Position numbers and translations under genes: made by a program. The notes under the pieces are model-generated. The model was given only the letters and a program-made list of their open reading frames with translations, ran no database searches and was not told the DNA's origin. From NCBI GenBank assembly GCA_024234215.1, contig JACKOQ010000005.1, forward strand, positions 121,452 through 185,451: a DNA stretch of 64,000 nucleotides, written 5' to 3'. The stretch's first letter is position 1, and every line of letters begins with the position of its first letter. Of this stretch, positions 49,997 through 56,773 are shown one piece after another. The DNA comes from Pseudomonadales bacterium. Lineage in GTDB: Bacteria; Pseudomonadota; Gammaproteobacteria; Pseudomonadales; UBA5862.

Positions 49997-50546
49997 CGAG
50001 GCTGGAGAATTGGGGACGAGAATTGCGACGAGAATTGGGGACAGACCACGGTTTCCTGGTTTCTGCTCCGCTTTGGCAGAAAACCGTAACGGGAAACCGT
50101 GGTCTGTCCCCAATTCTCCCAATTCTCCTAACGGGAAACCGTGGTCTGTCCCCATTTCTCCCTTTGAAGATGTCGTAGTATTTAGGTCTGGGTTCAGAAG
50201 AGTCGCGGAAGTACGCGATTGCATCAATGAGGAACAGCTCCGTAAGCTCTGGATCGAGCGAGATGGTGTCGTGCGGATCGCGATCAGCATGCTTGAAGAA
50301 GTTTTCTGGCTCATTCAAGGCTTTGATGACCGCGGCTCGTCGAGATTCTGGTAAGGAGTCAATGTAGTCCCGCTTGATGAACGGGTGCGGCGTCCCTTGC
50401 CGACTGGCGATATCCCTCAGAGCGTTGTACGCGGCGGAGGCAAGCGTATGAGTTGCTATCGCGTTGTCCGACACGAAGTACATCTCGATAGCCGCGTCGA
50501 GTTGTGAGCGGATAGCGTCAAACTTGGTTACCGTAATCTTCGCCAT
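49923..50546 (-). pseudogene. cassette gene of unknown function, 3' end replaced by MITE sequence
   Basis: ATG at 50546 (MAKITVTKFDAIRSQLD...). The native sequence ends near 50154 (..YYDIFKG). The rest of the ORF translates MITE repeats (GDRPRFPV occurs twice). Confidence 0.55.
50005..50153. mobile_element. MITE complex: degenerate 13-bp tandem units, one full 88-bp element and one extra terminal repeat
   Basis: GAGAATTGGGGAC / GAGAATTGCGAC / full element at 50030..50117 / CCAATTCTCCTAAC / GGGAAACCGTGGTCTGTCCCC at 50133..50153. Confidence 0.8.
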
Positions 50547-50558
50547 GTCTACGTAGGG

Positions 50559-50630
50559 GTCCAACGTGCGAATTCAGCGGACGGCAAAAAGCGCAGCTTT
50601 TTGACGGTCCGCTGGAATGACTTGTTGGGC
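50559..50630 (-). repeat. integron attC site (72 bp)
   Basis: Bounded by GTCCAAC and GTTGGGC. Inverted repeats CAGCGGACGG / ACGGTCCGCTG. Confidence 0.85.
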
Positions 50631-50631
50631 G

Positions 50632-51021
50632 TCATTTCTCGACCCTCTTACAAGCACCATCAAATGACCAAGCAGAAGTAGTAACGGCGAGCGTTTTACT
50701 TAAAGAAGAAAAATGCCCTTTGATGTTTCGTTGAGAGTCATAAATCTGAAGTTGATCGCCAACTTCAACAACGTGCTCAAAATATTCAAATGTTCTGTTT
50801 GGCACCTCCAGCCATACAGAGCCGTCAGAGTCACTCCACAAGCCTACCCACCACCTGTACTCGTGCAATTTCATGAAGACCGTGGCTTGCTGCGAATTGT
50901 TCTGAGCGGAAATTTCACCGGAGCATTGAAGGCGCGTTTCCACAGAAGAGAAATTAGCAACAAATAGAAATAGGCCGAGGGCTGCGACTAAGAATGCGCC
51001 CAAGTATTTCAGTAGCTTCAT
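50632..51021 (-). CDS. cassette protein: membrane-anchored or secreted, unknown function
   Basis: Start chosen at MKLLKYLGAFLVAALGLFLFV (51021), inside the cassette boundaries. 129 aa, AT-rich. Confidence 0.55.
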   Translation of the reverse strand: MKLLKYLGAFLVAALGLFLFVANFSSVETRLQCSGEISAQNNSQQATVFMKLHEYRWWVGLWSDSDGSVWLEVPNRTFEYFEHVVEVGDQLQIYDSQRNIKGHFSSLSKTLAVTTSAWSFDGACKRVEK

Positions 51022-51036
51022 GATCGCTCCATTGAC

Positions 51037-51162
51037 GCCCAACGCCAAGTTAACCGGCAGAACGGAGCCGGCTTGCCGGCGGAGTGGTTTGCAGTGGGGC
51101 GTAAAATTTTGCGGAGCAAAATGCCCCGCTGCAAACTGTCCGCGTTGAACGTATGGTTAGGT
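51037..51162 (-). repeat. integron attC site (126 bp)
   Basis: Bounded by GCCCAAC and GTTAGGT. Long internal palindrome (TTTGCAGTGGGGCGTAAAATTTTGCGGAGCAAAATGCCCCGCTGCAAA). Confidence 0.85.
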
Positions 51163-51168
51163 GCGGCG

Positions 51169-51459
51169 CTACAGAGTGCAATATGAGAACGCAATAGAGG
51201 CTCCCCGGTCAGTCTCGCAAATCATCTTCCCCGGCTGCGATACGCTATCGCATAGCATTTCTGACCATTTCTTGTGGCTCTCACAACCATCAAGATCCTT
51301 AAATCTTGCGGCGACAAAGCAGTTTGTTTCAGCGGCGCCGCATATCACATACTTGACCTGCGTCTCGCCTTTTGCGCCTTTAACACCTTCTGTATCGTCG
51401 CCAAGATTGCACCCACTGAAGAGCAGCAACAACGGAAGTATGAGAATGTAGCGATTCAT
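51169..51459 (-). CDS. cassette protein: small lipoprotein
   Basis: MNRYILILPLLLLFSGC lipobox. 96 aa with several Cys residues. Confidence 0.6.
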   Translation of the reverse strand: MNRYILILPLLLLFSGCNLGDDTEGVKGAKGETQVKYVICGAAETNCFVAARFKDLDGCESHKKWSEMLCDSVSQPGKMICETDRGASIAFSYCTL

Positions 51460-51465
51460 CAAAGC

Positions 51466-51526
51466 ACCTAACGTTTGCCATCAACCGGCCTGCCGAAGGC
51501 AGGTCCGGTTGATGGCGGGGTTGGGC
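51466..51526 (-). repeat. integron attC site (61 bp)
   Basis: Bounded by ACCTAAC and GTTGGGC. Inverted repeats CATCAACCGGCCTGCC / GGCAGGTCCGGTTGATG. Confidence 0.9.
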
Positions 51527-51783
51527 AGCCCGCACTCGGCCGACCGGTGGGCGAGCGCACCGAACCGCCGAGTCGCCCGCGCCAGCGGGGACGGCTGGAT
51601 GCATGGCCACACCGAGCGGTGCACCGAGCAGACGCCGCTGGCGCCCGGTGGAGCGGCACCGCGAGTGCGCCGCCCGCCAGCGGACGGGCGGCCCGCGCTG
51701 GCGGTCGTGCTGCACTTGTTCGATGCGCTCATGCGGTGGTTATCGACTTGGCGCTTCGATAGAAACCAGACACCGCGCATTAC

Positions 51784-51870
51784 GCCCAACGTTCGCCATA
51801 ACCGGCAGTGAAAAGCGGTGCGACGAAGGAGCGCCGCTTTTCACTGTCCGCGTTGATGGCGTTGTTATGT
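51784..51870 (-). repeat. integron attC site (87 bp)
   Basis: Bounded by GCCCAAC and GTTATGT. Inverted repeats CAGTGAAAAGCGGTG / GCGCCGCTTTTCACTG. Confidence 0.9.
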
Positions 51871-51873
51871 GGG

Positions 51874-52572
51874 TTACAGCTTGGCAACATCAATGTGATA
51901 CCCCTGGGCTGCCATTTCTTTAGCGAGTAGAGTGCCTGCTTCTTTCTGAAGGTCGTCCTTGAATGGGATGTATATCAAGCCTTGGATATCTGAAGGCCGT
52001 TCCATATTGGCTTGTTGTTTGAGAAGGATGGCCACTCGACTTCGGCCTAACCGCGACAGAAGCATGCCCAGTTCAAGAACAACATTTTGACGGGCCCGGT
52101 ATGCTTTCTCGTCGTCACGGCCTGCGCGATGGCCTTCGTCGTCAGGCGTTGCAAGGACCACAGCAAAGTGAATTTCTGCTGTGTACTTTTCCAGCTTCTC
52201 GATGATTGTTTGTCCTTCAGATGGGAGTTGATCAAGGATTAATGGTTCAAGCCCCCAACGACGCAACATAGCCTCAAGATGGTTCCGTGCAGTTTCGTCG
52301 TGGCCATAAACCACAAATACCTTTTTGTTCCCACCTGCCACAACAGGGGTGCCTGCTGTTGTTGCGGCGGTGGAAACAACTGGTGCGCCTAGAGCGGCTT
52401 TGATTTCAGGCTGGCACTTACCTTGAACATTGAAATTGCCTGTGTCGAAGATATTGACGATACCGCCATTCGCGAGCCTAAGCTGCCAACCCGTGTCGTT
52501 GTTCAATCGCTGTTCAGATGTAATCGCAAGGCCAGCAGCGGTAAGCAATCCCTTTGCTTGACTAATGTCCAC
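51874..52572 (-). CDS. cassette protein: TIR-like nucleotide-binding domain protein (PF10137/COG4271 type, CAP12/PycTIR-like effector domain)
   Basis: The C-terminal 130 aa read KVFVVYGHDETARNHLEAMLRRWGLEPLILDQ..TIIEKLE..FAVVLATPDD..RARQNVVLELGML..RPSDIQGLIYIPF. A small N-terminal domain of about 55 aa and an Ala/Thr/Gly linker precede it. This is the first cassette after attI. Confidence 0.75.
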   Translation of the reverse strand: MDISQAKGLLTAAGLAITSEQRLNNDTGWQLRLANGGIVNIFDTGNFNVQGKCQPEIKAALGAPVVSTAATTAGTPVVAGGNKKVFVVYGHDETARNHLEAMLRRWGLEPLILDQLPSEGQTIIEKLEKYTAEIHFAVVLATPDDEGHRAGRDDEKAYRARQNVVLELGMLLSRLGRSRVAILLKQQANMERPSDIQGLIYIPFKDDLQKEAGTLLAKEMAAQGYHIDVAKL

Positions 52573-52593
52573 GATGGCTATCTCCTGGAAAGC

Positions 52594-52689
52594 ACATAAC
52601 TATAAATGGACACCCCAAAAGGTGGCTTGTTTTACACCTTGCGGGTGTCTAATATTTTGCCGGGCAAGGCTATACCGAGGTTAAGCGTC
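52594..52689 (-). other. attI (integron primary attachment site plus promoter region)
   Basis: The cassette/attI junction reads GTTATGT on the cassette strand. The region contains a 41-bp nested palindrome and candidate Pint and Pc promoters. Confidence 0.8.
52627..52655 (+). promoter_or_regulatory. candidate Pint promoter
   Basis: TTGTTT-N17-TAATAT about 35 bp upstream of the intI ATG. It overlaps the attI palindrome. Confidence 0.35.
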
Positions 52690-52696
52690 ATGTCAA
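52669..52696 (-). promoter_or_regulatory. candidate Pc cassette promoter
   Basis: On the minus strand, TTGACA-N16-TATAGC. The -35 box overlaps the intI start codon, and transcription would run through attI into the cassettes. The same sequence is present at 25621..25648. Confidence 0.4.
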
Positions 52697-53700
52697 ACGT
52701 GGTAGTACACCCCAAAACGATTGTCGACCACGCCTCCGGCGGGGCATCCAAGCCGAAGCTGCTGGATGAGGTACGCGCCCACATCCAGCGGTTGAACTAC
52801 AGCATCCGCACCGAGGATGCGTACGTCGATTGGGTACGCCGGTTCGTGCTGTTTCACGACAAACGCCACCCGCGGGAGATGGGTGCAGCCGAAATCGAGG
52901 CGTTTCTGACCCACCTCGCGGTGGTGGGCAAGGTGTCGGCGTCCACCCAGAACCAGGCCAAGAGCGCGCTGCTGTTTCTTTATCGGGCTGTATTGAATGT
53001 CGACTTGCCGTGGCTGGGCGACATCGCATCGGCCCGGCAGGGCAAGCGCTTGCCGGTGGTGCTGACAGTGGCCGAAGTACAGGCGACGCTGGCGCGGGTA
53101 ACCGGCACGACCGGCCTGATGGTGCGGCTCTTGTACGGCAGCGGGCTGCGGTTGATGGAGTGCGCGCGGCTGCGGGTGAAGGATGTGGATTTCGGACAGA
53201 TGCAGATCGTGGTGCGCGATGGCAAGGGCGACAAGGACCGCGTGACAATGCTGCCGCGATCCCTGGTGGAACCTCTGCAAGCGCATCTGGAGCGCGTGAA
53301 GGCGCTGCACGAGAGCGATATCGAAGCGGGCTACGGCGAGGTATACCTGCCCCATGCGCTCGATCGCAAATACCCCCGGGCCGGCCGGGAATGGGGCTGG
53401 CAGTATGTGTTTCCGTCCACCAGGCGGTCGGTCGATCCCCGCTCCGGGGCCATCCGGCGTCACCATGCGGATGAAAAAGTACTGCAGCGGGCGATGAAGC
53501 GAGCCGTGCGCGAGGCCGGCATCGTCAAACCCGCCACCCCGCACACGCTGCGCCACAGCTTCGCCACGCACTTGTTACAGGCCGGCTATGACATCCGCAC
53601 CGTGCAGGAGCTGCTCGGTCACACCCACGTAGAAACCACGATGCTCTACACCCACGTCCTGAATCGGGGTGGGCGAGGAGTGGTCAGTCCGCTCGACTGA
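52690..53700 (+). CDS. intI: integron integrase
   Basis: ATG at 52690. [22 protein letters not shown] (compare IntI1 [22 protein letters not shown]). Catalytic region [19 protein letters not shown]...[23 protein letters not shown]. IntI-specific insert [22 protein letters not shown]. Confidence 0.92.
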   Translation: MSNVVVHPKTIVDHASGGASKPKLLDEVRAHIQRLNYSIRTEDAYVDWVRRFVLFHDKRHPREMGAAEIEAFLTHLAVVGKVSASTQNQAKSALLFLYRAVLNVDLPWLGDIASARQGKRLPVVLTVAEVQATLARVTGTTGLMVRLLYGSGLRLMECARLRVKDVDFGQMQIVVRDGKGDKDRVTMLPRSLVEPLQAHLERVKALHESDIEAGYGEVYLPHALDRKYPRAGREWGWQYVFPSTRRSVDPRSGAIRRHHADEKVLQRAMKRAVREAGIVKPATPHTLRHSFATHLLQAGYDIRTVQELLGHTHVETTMLYTHVLNRGGRGVVSPLD

Positions 53701-53917
53701 GCGGACTGAGGCGAAGCACTGCTTTGCCAGCGACGAGCGGGCGAGCGATGCCACGCGAGCCCTGGATCGAGGAGTGGTCAGTCCGCTCGATCAGTCAGTT
53801 GTAGACCGATCACCTGGTTGGCGGATGGAGACTCGTGTGGCGTTGCCGAGACACTCGGGCGCCCAGGACTGGCGGGATTCGGCCGATCAGAGCATGAGAT
53901 CGCATCGGCATGGAATG

Positions 53918-54008
53918 TGGCGGAGAGGGAGGGATTCGAACCCTCGATACGCTATTAACGTATACACACTTTCCAGGCGTGCTCCTTCAACCACTCGGAC
54001 ACCTCTCC
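53918..54008 (-). tRNA. tRNA-Ser (anticodon GGA)
   Basis: The reverse complement reads GGAGAGGTGTCCGAGTGG..CACGC[CTGGAAA]GTGTG.., with a long variable arm and ending ..GAGGGTTCGAATCCCTCCCTCTCCGCCA. Confidence 0.9.
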
Positions 54009-54049
54009 GCAAACCTGGCTGACCCTGCGGGGTCAAAAGGCCGGCAAAT

Positions 54050-54640
54050 CTACCCTGCCGAGGCCGCAAAAGCAATCGTGCCGGGCAGCCATTCGGCAAA
54101 ATGGGTCGCATGATCGATGGGTTGCAGCGGTTTTGGCGGGGTGGCCGCGGTGCCGAGGTAGATGAAACCGACGATCCGGTCGCTCTGCTGCAACCCCAGT
54201 CCGGCACGCACTTCCGGGTCATGGGCCATCTCGCCGGTGCGCCAGATGGCACCAAAGCCGAGTGCATGGGCCGCCAGCAGCAGGTTCTGCACCGCTGCCG
54301 CCGTGCTAAGCAGTTGCTCGATCTCGGGCACCTTGGGGTGTGGCTGAAGGTGGCTGTAGGCCACCATGATCAGTGGCGCCCGCAGCGGTGCCTGACGCAA
54401 TTTCTCGATCTGTGCCGCGCTCGCTGCCGGATCGCGCCTCTGGCGGGCACGCACGAACAGCTCACCCAACTGCTGACGCGCCGTGCCGCGCACCAGCAGA
54501 AAGCGCCAGGGCCGCAAGCCGGCATGATCGGGCGCGCGCAGGGCGGCGGCAAAGAGTTCGGCCAGTGCGGCCTCATCGGGTGCCGGGTCGATCAGTCTGG
54601 CCGCCGACTGCCGGCCTTGTAGTGCTTTCAGTGCATCCAT
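54050..54640 (-). CDS. NAD(P)H nitroreductase family protein (YdjA-like)
   Basis: Start chosen at MDALKALQGRQSAARL (54640). ..APDHAGLRPWRF.. and ..LGFGAIWRTG... The longer ORF to 55267 overlaps the opposite-strand gene and is rejected. Confidence 0.8.
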   Translation of the reverse strand: MDALKALQGRQSAARLIDPAPDEAALAELFAAALRAPDHAGLRPWRFLLVRGTARQQLGELFVRARQRRDPAASAAQIEKLRQAPLRAPLIMVAYSHLQPHPKVPEIEQLLSTAAAVQNLLLAAHALGFGAIWRTGEMAHDPEVRAGLGLQQSDRIVGFIYLGTAATPPKPLQPIDHATHFAEWLPGTIAFAASAG

Positions 54641-54781
54641 CGAGCCGCTCCAGTCACTGCTGCCTGGCGCAGGCCGTGCAGCAAGGAAAATATGATCCAT
54701 ACTTGATCCAATACCTTTTGCACTGTTTTGCGGAACCACCGCACGAAGTCCGGAGCAAAGCCCTTTTTTGCGAGCAGGAAC

Positions 54782-55768
54782 ATGCAGGTCACCCAACTTC
54801 AATTGATCTACGCCGCAGAACTGGTCGGGTTTCTGCTGGTGCTGATTCTGATTCTGTCGCTCTACGGACACAACATCCGCAAGCACTATTTCAAGGCGGT
54901 GGGGATGCTGACCGAATGGGTGGCGCAAGAGCAGCAGACAGCCGTCCAGAGCATCAGCTATGACGACTATCTCAATCAGGCCATCGAGGAGACCGAAGCA
55001 CATCTGCGCAACGTCGTCGGCCAGTCCAATGAGCTGTCGATGCCCATCGACACCATGGAAATGAAGCAGTTTACCGCGTTGCTGCGTGCCAAATTCCTTC
55101 GGGGAGAGCGCAGCGCAATTCAATCCAGCGCCTTGCACAACGAGGCTGACTGGAAGCAGGTCGAAGAGAACATGCTGCTGCTGGTGGATGAGATCGAGGC
55201 CCATCTGGCCAAGCGACGTCGTCAACAGGCCGTCAGTCAGGCTGCCGAGCCACCGCCGCCGAATCACATTTCAGCCAGCGGACTGGGCGAGGTGGAATGG
55301 GTGCATGAGGAAAAGGAGCGCAGCCCTGCGGCAGGTTCCAGCGCTGAAACCGACGCGGTTGCCGAAGAGCTCCACACTGGCCTGATGGGGGAACTGACGC
55401 AGAAGTTCACTGCCCTGGAGGAGTCCAAAGAGCAGGCATTGTCACTGCAGGAGCGCATCATGGAGCAGCAGCGCAGCCTGTTGGATCCGGATTCAGCCAG
55501 CTCCTCCGAGGAGCTGTTGCAACTGCTGGCGCAGGATTCGCTCGACGGCCATCAGGCGCTGCTGCGCATGGAGCGGCAGATCGAGCAGGCCGAAAAGATC
55601 CTGTCGCGCGCCATTCTCGCGACCAAGGGGCGCGAGGAGATCGATGAACTGCAACAACGGCGTGACCGCCTCAACCGCGAGCGAATGGAGTTGAAGGAGC
55701 TGCAGAACTGCTTGGTCACGCTGGACCGGGAGACCGAGATGGCCAGCAAACGCAACGGCACTGCATAG
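54782..55768 (+). CDS. membrane-anchored coiled-coil protein, unknown function
   Basis: ATG at 54782. One N-terminal TM helix (LVGFLLVLILILSLY), then Glu/Gln/Leu-rich heptad-like sequence. Confidence 0.6.
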   Translation: MQVTQLQLIYAAELVGFLLVLILILSLYGHNIRKHYFKAVGMLTEWVAQEQQTAVQSISYDDYLNQAIEETEAHLRNVVGQSNELSMPIDTMEMKQFTALLRAKFLRGERSAIQSSALHNEADWKQVEENMLLLVDEIEAHLAKRRRQQAVSQAAEPPPPNHISASGLGEVEWVHEEKERSPAAGSSAETDAVAEELHTGLMGELTQKFTALEESKEQALSLQERIMEQQRSLLDPDSASSSEELLQLLAQDSLDGHQALLRMERQIEQAEKILSRAILATKGREEIDELQQRRDRLNRERMELKELQNCLVTLDRETEMASKRNGTA

Positions 55769-55798
55769 TCGGCTGCGTCGGGCACCGGTTCCGAGAAA

Positions 55799-56767
55799 TC
55801 AGCTGCTGTGCCGATAGAGCGCCAGCAGCGTCAGCGCTTCACGCTGCTGCTGCGCCCCCACTGCCGGTGGCAATGTGGCATTCGGCAGACGCAGGCCGTA
55901 GGGCACGCCTTCGGCTTCGCGTTGCAGCACCCAGCCGGCCAGCCGCGACAGCCGCCCTTCGATTGACCGATCGGGGCAGTGGTCGAAATCGAGCCACTGC
56001 GCCCCCTGCTCCGGCTGCTCCAGCCGCTTCACCAGCAACTCGCCGCGGCGGGCCCACTGCTTCCACGCCACCCTGCCCCAGCCATCGCCCAGGCGCCATG
56101 GGTCGAGTCCGGCAAAATCTTCATCGCCTGATTGCACGCCGTGCGGCAACGCCGCCGACGATTCGCCACTGACCGGCGGCATGGCATCGGCGGCAAAGGG
56201 GTGTGGATAGGCCAGCAGCTTCCAGTCGAGGCAGGGGTAGGACCAGACCCGGAACAGTCCCAGCGGAAAGCCTGACCTGACCTCCAGCCGGGGAATCGCC
56301 TGCCAACCGCGGCTTGCAAGCGGCAGCGTCAGGGTGATCGACCGCTCTTCACTGTCCGCGTCGCTCACCCACTCGCCGCCGCCCAGCCGCAGTTCGATGG
56401 CATGCCGCAGTGGCCGTTCGGCGCGCAGTTGCAGCCGCAGCTGTCCATGACCGCCGACGAAGCCTGCTGTGCTGCCCAGGGCGGTCAGTTCCAGTCCGAG
56501 CAGGTTGCGGTAGGCATGGATCAGCGCGATCGGCATCAGGCCAAGCAGCCAGAAACTGAGCGCAAAGGCGAGGCTGTTCTGGTAATTGATCGCCGCCAGC
56601 AGCATCGCAGCCAGCAGCAGCATGAAGAGTCCGCCGGAGAGCGACGGCACGATGAAGAGCTGCCGATGGCCCAGGCGGAGCCGTGACAGTGGCGGAAAGC
56701 GACGCGCCAGCCAGCGGTCGTAGCCTTTCTGCAGCCGGTCAGGCAGCCTGGGACGCCTCCAGCGCAC
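55799..56767 (-). CDS. DUF58 domain-containing protein
   Basis: Two N-terminal TM helices followed by a DUF58-like region. Lies immediately downstream of a MoxR ATPase, the usual pairing. Confidence 0.7.
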   Translation of the reverse strand: MRWRRPRLPDRLQKGYDRWLARRFPPLSRLRLGHRQLFIVPSLSGGLFMLLLAAMLLAAINYQNSLAFALSFWLLGLMPIALIHAYRNLLGLELTALGSTAGFVGGHGQLRLQLRAERPLRHAIELRLGGGEWVSDADSEERSITLTLPLASRGWQAIPRLEVRSGFPLGLFRVWSYPCLDWKLLAYPHPFAADAMPPVSGESSAALPHGVQSGDEDFAGLDPWRLGDGWGRVAWKQWARRGELLVKRLEQPEQGAQWLDFDHCPDRSIEGRLSRLAGWVLQREAEGVPYGLRLPNATLPPAVGAQQQREALTLLALYRHSS

Positions 56768-56773
56768 GGCGCA

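Larger units (their letters stand above)
49171..53700 (-). mobile_element. chromosomal integron B: intI, attI and about 6 cassettes
   Basis: IntI-type recombinase with divergent AT-richer cassettes separated by attC sites. See the individual features and findings. Confidence 0.9.

Noticed and set aside
50005-50153. Short tandem and inverted repeats (GAGAATTGGGGAC units, GGGAAACCGTGGTCTGTCCCC) considered as a possible CRISPR array.
   Set aside because: Only 2-3 units are present, there are no regular unique spacers, and the units are arranged as inverted terminal repeats of an 88-bp element. No cas genes are present.
51481-51789. ORFs of 63-111 aa in several frames within the GC-rich cassette (for example 51481..51789 minus, 51509..51811 plus).
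   Set aside because: They start or stop inside attC boxes, overlap each other in all frames, and are Arg/Ala/Gly/Pro low-complexity. This is typical of random ORFs in GC-rich DNA. The cassette is reported as ORF-less instead.
48930-54008. Interpreting the tRNA-flanked segment as a classical tRNA-targeting integrative island mobilised by the encoded recombinase.
   Set aside because: The recombinase is an IntI-type enzyme with an attI/attC system, not a phage-type integrase with a tRNA att site. The tRNA genes are complete and inverted rather than a gene plus a direct partial repeat.
53669-54022. 117-aa plus-strand ORF spanning the intI end, the intergenic region and tRNA-Ser(GGA).
   Set aside because: It overlaps a tRNA gene on the opposite strand and the duplicated intI 3' end, and shows no coding signature.
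54050-55267. The full 405-aa minus-strand ORF containing the nitroreductase.
   Set aside because: Only the C-terminal 196 aa (from MDALKAL at 54640) resemble nitroreductases. The upstream part is antisense to the plus-strand coiled-coil gene (54782..55768) and has no family features.
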